This document shows positions 1 to 7,341 of a stretch of 15,924 bases of DNA, piece by piece; within the stretch, counting starts at the first letter, position 1; each line of letters begins with the position of its first letter. Made by a program: the position numbers and the translations under genes. Source of the stretch: Archangiaceae bacterium (GTDB taxonomy: Bacteria; Myxococcota; Myxococcia; Myxococcales; Myxococcaceae); the NCBI GenBank assembly GCA_043750125.1, contig JAYVCD010000198.1, forward strand, positions 1 to 15,924. Direction: 5' to 3'. Under the pieces are notes generated by a model, which saw nothing but the letters and a program-made list of their open reading frames with translations, searched no databases and was not told the origin of the DNA.

Positions 1-2
1 TG

Positions 3-1688
3 ACGCCGATGCTGGCCTCGCGCTGGTTGAAGAAAAAGCTGCCGGGCAATCACAAGAAGCCGCTGCTCGAGCGGGTGGTCGACAATGGTTACCGACCGAT
101 CGAGCGCGTCTACACCCGGGCGTTGCGGTTCGCGATGGCCCACCGCTGGATCGTGGTGATCGCCTGCGTGCTGACGATGGTGTCGGTGTTTCCTCTGGCG
201 AAAGCGTCGCGGAAGGGCTTCCTGCCGATCGACGATCGGGCCCAATTCGAGGTGGTGGTGCGGCTGCCCGAGGGGCGCAGCGTCCCCGCGACCGAGCTCG
301 TCGGCGAACGGGTGGCGCGAATCATTCGGGCGATGCCGGAAGTCCTGGCGACGCTGGTAACGGTCGGTGACGACGAGCAGCGCACTCCGAACCAGGCGCG
401 AATCTACGTGAAGTTGATCAACCCTGAGCTGCGGACGGTCACCCAGAACGCGCTGAAGGACATCGTGCGGCAGAAGATCCTTCCGACGCTGCCCAAAGAT
501 CTGCGGGTTTCGATCGCCGACGTGAACGAGTTCGGTGGCGCCCAGTCGACCGCGCGCATTCAGTACATCCTCTCGGGCCCGGACCTTCGGGTGCTGACCG
601 GGGTGAACGGGAAGATCCTCGAAAAGATCAAAAAGATTCCTGGCGCGGTCGACGTGGACTCTTCGCTGATCGTCGGCAAGCCCGAGCTGAGCGTGTTCGT
701 CGATCGCCCCCGGGCGGCCGACCTCGGAGTCCAGGTGGCCGACGTGGCTTCGGCGCTGCAGTTGCTCGTCGGCGGGCAGAAGGTGTCGAGCTACGCCGAG
801 AATGGCGAGCAGTACGACATCCGGTTGCGCGCCGCTCCCGACTTCCGCACCAGCGAAGACCAGCTGCAGCTGATCACAGTGCCTTCGAAGAAGGTCGGGC
901 TGGTGTCGCTGGCCGAGGTGGTGAAGATCCGTCCGTCCGAAGGTCCGAGCAGCATTCTGCGCTACCAGCGCGAACGGCAGGTCACCTTCATGTTGAACGG
1001 AGGGCCGGGGTCCAGCGAAGGAGAGCTGGGCGACGCGGTGAAGCAGGTGCTGACCGATGAAAACCTTCCCAAGGGCTTTGCGGTCAAACCGCAGGGCCAG
1101 ACCAAGCTGATGCGCGAGACGGGAATCAGCTTCATCTTCGGGCTGCTCGCGTCGCTGCTGTTCATGTACCTCATCCTCGCGGCGCAGTTCGAATCCTGGC
1201 TGCACCCGATCACGATCTTGATTTCGCTGCCGCTGACCCTGCCCTTTGCGATCGCTTCGGTGATCCTCTTCGACCAGGCGCTCGACCTCTACAGCTTCCT
1301 CGGGATCTTCGTGCTGTTCGGGGTGGTGAAGAAGAACGCGATCTTGCAGATCGATCACACCAACAAGCTGCGCGAGGCGGGCATGCCGAGGGCCGAGGCG
1401 ATCATCCGGGGCAACGTCGACCGGCTGCGTCCGATCTTGATGACCACCTTCGCGTTCGTGGCCGGAATGATTCCGCTGGTGACTGCGCGCGGCATCGGCT
1501 CGGGCTTCAACCGCGCCACGGCCGGCGTGGTCGTCGGAGGTCAGGTGCTGTCGTTGGCGCTGACCCTGATGGCGGTGCCGGTCGCCTATTCGCTGCTCGA
1601 TGACTTGTCGTTGTTCCTGAAGCGAACGTGGGCGCGAGTCACCAGCAGCCCCGAGCCGATTTCTGTCGGGGAAGAGGTGGGGAAGTGA
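3..1688 (+). CDS. RND-family (AcrB/AcrD/AcrF, MdtBC-like) efflux permease, 5'-truncated by the window edge
   Basis: The frame is open from position 3 (TPMLASR, the end of the first TM half), so ATG at 9 is internal. The C-terminal half has RND motifs: YLILAAQFESWLHPITILISLPL, GVVKKNAILQID (TM10 proton-relay Lys) and RLRPILMTT (TM11). Stop TGA at 1686-1688. Confidence 0.95.
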   Translation, partial: TPMLASRWLKKKLPGNHKKPLLERVVDNGYRPIERVYTRALRFAMAHRWIVVIACVLTMVSVFPLAKASRKGFLPIDDRAQFEVVVRLPEGRSVPATELVGERVARIIRAMPEVLATLVTVGDDEQRTPNQARIYVKLINPELRTVTQNALKDIVRQKILPTLPKDLRVSIADVNEFGGAQSTARIQYILSGPDLRVLTGVNGKILEKIKKIPGAVDVDSSLIVGKPELSVFVDRPRAADLGVQVADVASALQLLVGGQKVSSYAENGEQYDIRLRAAPDFRTSEDQLQLITVPSKKVGLVSLAEVVKIRPSEGPSSILRYQRERQVTFMLNGGPGSSEGELGDAVKQVLTDENLPKGFAVKPQGQTKLMRETGISFIFGLLASLLFMYLILAAQFESWLHPITILISLPLTLPFAIASVILFDQALDLYSFLGIFVLFGVVKKNAILQIDHTNKLREAGMPRAEAIIRGNVDRLRPILMTTFAFVAGMIPLVTARGIGSGFNRATAGVVVGGQVLSLALTLMAVPVAYSLLDDLSLFLKRTWARVTSSPEPISVGEEVGK

Positions 1689-2962
1689 AGCGAGTCCTTT
1701 GGGTTCTGATGTTGGCAGGCTCGACCGTGGCGTCGGCGCAGAGCGTGACGTTGCAGCAACTGCTCGAGGCCGCGGACAAGAACAACCTCGATCGGCGGGT
1801 GTCGGTCGAGCAGACCCACCGGGCTGAGGCCGAGTTTCGGCAGGCCTGGGGTGGGCTGCTGCCTTCGATGAGCGCCAGCGCGTCGGCCACCTACAACCAG
1901 TACCCGACGGTGATCGAGCAGCCGGACGGAATGGGCGGAACCAAGCAGTTCGTGATCGTTCCGTCCGACCAGTACGACGCTGTGATTCGCTTTGATCTGC
2001 CCCTGCTCGACCCCTCGCGCTGGGCTCGCGCAGCAGCCAGCTCGGTGGGTCAGGAAAGCTCGGCCCAGCGCGACCTGCTCACCCGCGACCAGATTCGGCG
2101 GCAGGTGGTGTCGGCCTGGTACAACTATGCGGCGGCGCTCGCGGTGCGCGAGTCGGCGAAGAAGTCGTTGGTGTTGTCGGAAGCGCAGGCGAAGTTGCAG
2201 GAAATCCGACAGAACGCGGGCGCGGCCACCGAGCTCGAACGGCTGAGGGCCAACGCGGAACGAGCCCACAACGTTCAGCAGCTCGCGGACACTGAAAACC
2301 TCGTCGCGATCAGCCGGCGCTCGCTGCGGTCTTTGACCTTCGTGGATCCTGGAGAGCAGGTTCCTCTGCCTGAAGACGACCTTCGGGCCGAAGCTCCGCT
2401 GGAAGAGCTCGAGGCGCGGGTGGAAGAGCTGCCTGCGGTGCGAGCCTCGGACAAGGACGTGCTGTTCAATGAACGGCTGTTGACCGCCCAGCGGTTGGCC
2501 GCGCTGCCGGTGATCGGGGCGCAGTTCACCGAACGGGTCACCAACGCGACCGGCTTCTCGGGTCGAACCACCGGATTCAACGTCGGGCTGAACCTCTCCT
2601 GGCGGCTCGATGTGCCCACCTTCCAGGCGATGTCCGTGCAGCAGTCGGGCTTGTCGGTTGCCCAGCTTCAGGCCGAGCGTTCGCGGCTGAACGCGAAGGA
2701 CCAGATCCATTCGGACTGGCAGCGCCAGCGGGCTTCGCTCATCAAGATCGATGCGGCGCGGGCCCAGGTCGAAGCGGCGCAGCGCGCAGCCAGCGTGGCG
2801 CGCGATCGTTACGCCGTCGGAGTCTCGACCCAGGTCGATGTCATTCAGGCCGACCGCGATCTGTTCAGCGCCGAAGTCAGCCAGATCCAGGCGCGGACAG
2901 ATCTGGCCTCGGCCCGGACAGGCTTGCGGATCAGCGCCGGGCAGCCGCTGGCCGGCCCGTAA
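1685..2962 (+). CDS. TolC-family outer membrane efflux protein (about 425 aa)
   Basis: The GTG start overlaps the RND stop (GTGA) and follows GAGGTGG. Sec signal peptide MKRVLWVLMLAGSTVASA|Q. There are two OEP-like repeats with LLPSMSASAS/ALPVIGAQF strands, RQNAGAATELE and RYAVGVSTQVDVIQA, and the gene sits next to the RND pump. Confidence 0.9.
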   Translation: MKRVLWVLMLAGSTVASAQSVTLQQLLEAADKNNLDRRVSVEQTHRAEAEFRQAWGGLLPSMSASASATYNQYPTVIEQPDGMGGTKQFVIVPSDQYDAVIRFDLPLLDPSRWARAAASSVGQESSAQRDLLTRDQIRRQVVSAWYNYAAALAVRESAKKSLVLSEAQAKLQEIRQNAGAATELERLRANAERAHNVQQLADTENLVAISRRSLRSLTFVDPGEQVPLPEDDLRAEAPLEELEARVEELPAVRASDKDVLFNERLLTAQRLAALPVIGAQFTERVTNATGFSGRTTGFNVGLNLSWRLDVPTFQAMSVQQSGLSVAQLQAERSRLNAKDQIHSDWQRQRASLIKIDAARAQVEAAQRAASVARDRYAVGVSTQVDVIQADRDLFSAEVSQIQARTDLASARTGLRISAGQPLAGP

Positions 2963-3007
2963 CGTTCCATTCTGATGTGAAGCCGGGCCATGGCAGTCTG
3001 CGTCGCC

Positions 3008-5440
3008 ATGGCTCCGACCGACGTGAAGTTTCCCATCGCGCACAAGTTCGGCGGCAGCAGTGTCGCCAACGCCGAACGGATTCGTCGGGTCGCCGACATT
3101 CTGCTCGCGCGCACCGAACGGCAGGTGGTGGTCGTCTCTGCGATGCAGGGCGTCACCGATGCTTTGATCGCCCTGGTCCACAAAGCGTCGACCCGGGATT
3201 CCGGGTGGGAAAAAAATCTTCAGGCCCTGGGCGATCGCCACCGCGACACCGCGATCGAGCTGCTGGGCGAGCAGGCCCCGTCGATGGTCAGCCGCTTCGA
3301 AGCCGAGCTCGCCGGGCTGCGCGCCCTGCTGCAGGCGCAGACCCTGGTCGGCGCGGTCTCGAATGATCTGCTCGAGCTGATCAGTGGGCTGGGCGAGGTG
3401 TGGTCCTCGCTGATGCTCGAGGCGGCGCTTCGCCAGCGCGCGGTCTCGACCGATTGGCTCGATGCGCGCGAGGTGCTGGTGGTCGAGAAGACCGAACTGG
3501 GCGCGCTGGTCGATTGGGAACGTTCGGCCGCGGCGCTCGCGAAGTGGGGCGCGAGCCGGTCTGCCGAACGGGTGATCGTCACCGGCTTCATCGCGCGGGA
3601 CAGAGCAGGGCGGATCACGACCCTCGGCCGCAACGGCAGCGACTACTCGGGAGCCATCTTCGCAGCGCTGTTCGAGGCGAAGGAAATCCACATCTGGACC
3701 GATGTCGACGGAGTGCTCTCGGCAGATCCACGGCTGGTCCCCGAGGCGGTGCTGCTTTCAGAGATGTCCTATTCCGAAGCCTGCGAGCTGGCGTATTTCG
3801 GAGCGAAGGTCATTCACCCCCAGACGATGGCCCCGGCGATTAGCCGCAAGATTCCAATTTTCATTCGCAACACCTTCGCGCCGTCGAAGCCGGGCACGCG
3901 CATTGGCGCTTCGTCCGACGGGACCCAGCCGGTGAAGGGCGTCACCACCATCTCGGGCCTCGCGGTGCTCAACGTCGAAGGCGCTGGAATGATCGGCGTT
4001 CCCGGAACCGCCGAGCGGGCCTTCGGGGCGCTGAAGGCAGCGGGCGTCTCGGTGGTGATGATTTCCCAGGGCAGCTCGGAGCATTCCATCTGCTGCGTGG
4101 TCCAGGAAAAGGAAGCCGAGCGGGCTCGGGTGGCGCTGCTCGAGGCTTTTTCGCGCGAAGTCACGGCGGGTCACATTCAGAACGTGAGCGTGATCCCCAA
4201 AATCGCGGCGCTGGCGGTGGTGGGCGATGCGATGGCGGGCCGGCCCGGAGTCGCCGCGCAGCTGTTCACCTCGTTGGCCCGCGCCCGGGTGAACGTTCGA
4301 GCGATCGCCCAGGGCGCGTCCGAGCGGAACATCTCGGTTGCGATCTCGGCGGAAGACGCGACCCGAGCGCTGCGAGCGGTGCACGCGGGCTTCTACCTCT
4401 CTGCCCAGACGCTCTCGATCGGGATCATCGGCCCGGGCAATGTCGGCCAGGCTTTGCTCAAACAGATCGAGGGATCCCGGAAGAGGCTGCTGCAGACCAG
4501 CAACCTCGATCTGCGGGTGCGGGCGGTGGCGAAGAGTCGAACGATGAGCCTCGAGGACCTCGAAGTCCCGACCGACCTGCTGCGGTTCACCGACCACGTT
4601 CATGCCGAACATCTGCCCCACGCGGTGATCATCGATTGCAGCGCGAGCAACGCGGTGGCCGACCAATATGCCGGTTGGCTCGCCCGCGGAATCAACGTCA
4701 TCACCCCGAACAAGAATGCAGGCGCGGGCCCCTGGGCGCGCTACGCGGCGATTCGTGCCGCGGCGACGAAGGGCTCGGCGCACTTTCGATACGAGTCGAC
4801 CGTGGGCGCGGGTCTGCCCGTGATCTCGACCCTGCGAGATCTGGTCGACACCGGCGATGAAGTGTTCGCGGTCGAAGGCATCTTCTCGGGCACGTTGGCG
4901 TACCTGTTCAATCGCTTCGATGGGTCGATTCCTTTCTCCGAGCTGGTGCGAACCGCACGCGAGCTGGGGTACACCGAGCCCGATCCTCGAGACGATTTGT
5001 CGGGGCTCGATGTGGCGCGAAAGCTGGTGATCCTCGCGCGCGAGAACGGGGGGCAGACCCAGCTCGAAGCGGTCGAGCTCGAGAACCTGGTTCCGGCTGC
5101 GCTGCGCAGCATTCCCGCGGCAGAATTTCTCGAACGGCTGACCGAGCTCGACGGCCCGATGGAACAGCGGCTCGAGCGCGCCCGGAAAAACGGCACCGTC
5201 CTGCGCTACGTCGCCCGGCTCGAGACCGGAGCGAAGGCCCGGGTCGGGCTCACCGAGCTGCCCGCCGGACATGCGTTCGCGCACATTCGGCTCACCGACA
5301 ACGTGGTGCAGTTCACGACCCGCCGGTACCGCGACAACCCGCTGATCGTTCAGGGGCCGGGGGCCGGACCCGAAGTGACGGCGGCCGGAGTGTTCGCCGA
5401 TTTGCTCCGAATTGCCGCTGCCCTCGGGGCCCGGCTTTGA
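3008..5440 (+). CDS. thrA: Bifunctional aspartate kinase / homoserine dehydrogenase I
   Basis: Aspartokinase motifs HKFGGSS, VVSAM, TTLGRNGSDYS and WTDVDG. Two ACT repeats (MISQGSSEHSIC, IAQGASERNIS). Dehydrogenase motifs GPGNVG, TPNK, YESTVGAGLP, GYTEPDPRDDLSG and GPGAGPEVTA. The start is uncertain (ATG 2990 or ATG 3008; neither has a clear SD). Confidence 0.97.
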   Translation: MAPTDVKFPIAHKFGGSSVANAERIRRVADILLARTERQVVVVSAMQGVTDALIALVHKASTRDSGWEKNLQALGDRHRDTAIELLGEQAPSMVSRFEAELAGLRALLQAQTLVGAVSNDLLELISGLGEVWSSLMLEAALRQRAVSTDWLDAREVLVVEKTELGALVDWERSAAALAKWGASRSAERVIVTGFIARDRAGRITTLGRNGSDYSGAIFAALFEAKEIHIWTDVDGVLSADPRLVPEAVLLSEMSYSEACELAYFGAKVIHPQTMAPAISRKIPIFIRNTFAPSKPGTRIGASSDGTQPVKGVTTISGLAVLNVEGAGMIGVPGTAERAFGALKAAGVSVVMISQGSSEHSICCVVQEKEAERARVALLEAFSREVTAGHIQNVSVIPKIAALAVVGDAMAGRPGVAAQLFTSLARARVNVRAIAQGASERNISVAISAEDATRALRAVHAGFYLSAQTLSIGIIGPGNVGQALLKQIEGSRKRLLQTSNLDLRVRAVAKSRTMSLEDLEVPTDLLRFTDHVHAEHLPHAVIIDCSASNAVADQYAGWLARGINVITPNKNAGAGPWARYAAIRAAATKGSAHFRYESTVGAGLPVISTLRDLVDTGDEVFAVEGIFSGTLAYLFNRFDGSIPFSELVRTARELGYTEPDPRDDLSGLDVARKLVILARENGGQTQLEAVELENLVPAALRSIPAAEFLERLTELDGPMEQRLERARKNGTVLRYVARLETGAKARVGLTELPAGHAFAHIRLTDNVVQFTTRRYRDNPLIVQGPGAGPEVTAAGVFADLLRIAAALGARL

Positions 5441-5468
5441 GCTGTATGCGCGCAGGGAGGCGGCTGTG

Positions 5469-5537
5469 GCCTGTTTCAAAGCGCGACGAAGTGAGGGTTC
5501 CTCCCCACGCCCGGGGGCCAGGAGCCTGGTTCAAGGC
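5469..5537 (+). repeat. Imperfect 14-bp direct repeat pair, candidate regulator-binding sites
   Basis: GCCTGTTTCAAAGC (5469-5482) and GCCTGGTTCAAGGC (5524-5537) match at 12 of 14 positions, with starts 55 bp apart, in the thrA-cassette intergenic region. Confidence 0.5.
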
Positions 5538-5569
5538 ACCGAAATTAAAGGCGAAAACGGCATCGGGTC

Positions 5570-5586
5570 TTGGCGCATTTATTGGA
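5570..5586 (+). promoter_or_regulatory. Candidate sigma54 (-24/-12) promoter for the DUF1592/DUF1552 cassette
   Basis: TTGGCGCA-TTTA-TTGGA against the consensus YTGGCACG-N4-TTGCW. The spacing is exact, but the -12 element reads GG instead of GC. An AT-rich patch lies upstream (5541-5557) and the SD GGAGG (5613-5617) downstream. Confidence 0.4.
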
Positions 5587-5622
5587 TCCAACCGGCGATT
5601 GCCTTGCCCCCGGGAGGTCCAG

Positions 5623-7341
5623 ATGTCCTTCGTGCGCGCGACCCACTTTGCCTTTCTGGCGCTGGCCCTTGGAGGCTGTGACGGCTTCGTGGGTTCGCCC
5701 CCCGACAAGGGCGGCCCGACAGTTCCGAATCCGGTCGTGGTCCCCGACCCGGGGGTGGGGGTCATGCCGACCGATGCGTGCGCTGGCGTCACCGTGGCCG
5801 CTGGGCTCACGTCGCTTCGCCGGCTGAGCGTCGAAGAACAGCGCAACTCGTTTCGCGACATTCTCGCCGACGCGACCTTGACCCCGGCGCTGGCTCCGGC
5901 GAATGGGCCGGTGATCACCGAAGTCGAGGTGGACAAGTTGAACCTCGCCGTCGCCGCTCTGGTCGGCGCCAACAAGCACCTCACCTACCTTCCGTGCGAT
6001 CCCGCTGGGGCAGTCAACCTGGGGTGCGCCGACGCTTTCATCGCCAGCTTCGGCCAGGTCGCTTTTCGCCGTCCGCTGACCGACGCAGAGAAGCTGTCGC
6101 TGCGCAAAGACGTGTTCGATGCGATCCGGGCCCGGGCCGAGATCATTCCCGCGGTCAGCTTTCGCGAGGCGATCGACGCGGTGGCTCAGGCCATCTTGCA
6201 GGCGCCCCAGCTGCTCTACGTTCACGAGGACGGTGTCGCCGACGCCACCTTGCCCCCCCGAATCCGCCGCCTCACCGGGTACGAGCGCGCGACCCGACTG
6301 TCGTTTCTGCTGTGGAAGACGACTCCCGATTCGGTGCTGCTGGCCGCTGCCGGGGCTGGAACGCTCGACACTGCCGCCGGAATGCGGGTGCAGGCTGAAC
6401 GGCTGATCGCCAGCCCCCGGTCGAAAGGCACTGTGCGCGGGTTCGTTTCGTCCTGGCTCGAGCTGGACGGCAACTCGCACCAGCCTTCACTGGAAGCCAC
6501 GCCCAAGAGTCTGACCGCGTTTCCGTTCGACAGCCCCGCGCTTCGCGGCGCGATGCGCGAGGAGCTCGTCTCGTTGTTCGATCTGACCTTCTTCAGCCCC
6601 GGCGCCTCGTTCAAGACCCTGATGACGAGCAACAAGGCGTACGTGAACAAGTCGCTGGGCACCCTCTACGGAGTGGCCGCGCCCCCCGCGAACGACACCA
6701 CTTTTGCCTGGGTCGACCTCAATGCTCAGCAGCGCGCGGGGCTCTTTACCCGGGCCGGCTTCCTGTCGCTCTACGCGCCGCAGGACCAGAACTCGCCCAT
6801 TCGCCGCGGGGTGTTCCTCTTCAAAGAGGCGCTGTGCCGACCGCTGGGCGCGCCGCCGGCGAACGTGAACAACACCCCCTTCATGCTCACCGACAAGCCG
6901 CTCACCGTTCGGGAACAGGTGGAAGCGCGGACCGGAGCTGCGTCCTGCCAGGGCTGCCACCAGAGCATCAACCCCCTGGGCTTCACGCTGCAGGGCTACG
7001 ACGCCATCGGTCGCTACCAGCAAACCGAGAAGGGAATTCTCAACGCCATTCCATTCGAGCTGGCGATCAACAGCACCGCGACCCCGGTGGGCACAGACTT
7101 CGACAAGCCCGTCGCGGGGCCGATCGAGCTGTCCAACCAGCTGGCTCAAAGCGGCATGGCCCACGATTGTCTCGCCGCCACCTGGTTCGAACAGGCCAAC
7201 CCCAATGGGGTCACGGCGGCGGGCGGCGCCTGCAGCCTGCAGCGCCTCAAAGCGAAATTTCGCCAGACGGATGACATGAAGGATCTCTTGCTCACGCTTG
7301 CGACCGACGACAGCGCGCTGTTCTTCCAGGAGACTCCATGA
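5623..7341 (+). CDS. DUF1592/DUF1588/DUF1595/DUF1587-type (PSD/PSCyt3) lipoprotein with a single CxxCH motif (about 572 aa)
   Basis: SD GGAGG lies 5 nt before ATG 5623. Lipobox LGG|C19 is followed by a Pro-rich linker. Recognised blocks: LRRLSVEEQRNSFRDIL (DUF1587-like), CADAFIASFGQVAFRRPLT (DUF1595-like), LTGYERATRLSFLLWKTTPD (DUF1592-like), and SPIRRGVF..LC..PP plus CQGCH..INPLGF...YDAIGRY (DUF1588-like). Confidence 0.9.
   Translation: MSFVRATHFAFLALALGGCDGFVGSPPDKGGPTVPNPVVVPDPGVGVMPTDACAGVTVAAGLTSLRRLSVEEQRNSFRDILADATLTPALAPANGPVITEVEVDKLNLAVAALVGANKHLTYLPCDPAGAVNLGCADAFIASFGQVAFRRPLTDAEKLSLRKDVFDAIRARAEIIPAVSFREAIDAVAQAILQAPQLLYVHEDGVADATLPPRIRRLTGYERATRLSFLLWKTTPDSVLLAAAGAGTLDTAAGMRVQAERLIASPRSKGTVRGFVSSWLELDGNSHQPSLEATPKSLTAFPFDSPALRGAMREELVSLFDLTFFSPGASFKTLMTSNKAYVNKSLGTLYGVAAPPANDTTFAWVDLNAQQRAGLFTRAGFLSLYAPQDQNSPIRRGVFLFKEALCRPLGAPPANVNNTPFMLTDKPLTVREQVEARTGAASCQGCHQSINPLGFTLQGYDAIGRYQQTEKGILNAIPFELAINSTATPVGTDFDKPVAGPIELSNQLAQSGMAHDCLAATWFEQANPNGVTAAGGACSLQRLKAKFRQTDDMKDLLLTLATDDSALFFQETP

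Noticed and set aside
1628-1684. ORF-track start for the TolC-family gene at 1628
   Set aside because: GTG 1685 gives a proper signal peptide, an SD and stop-start coupling.
5437-5622. 62-codon in-frame N-terminal extension of the DUF1592 gene starting at a TTG overlapping the thrA stop (TTGA)
   Set aside because: ATG 5623 has a strong SD and places the lipoprotein signal at the N-terminus. The extension is non-protein-like and shows no thrB remnant beyond 'MS'.
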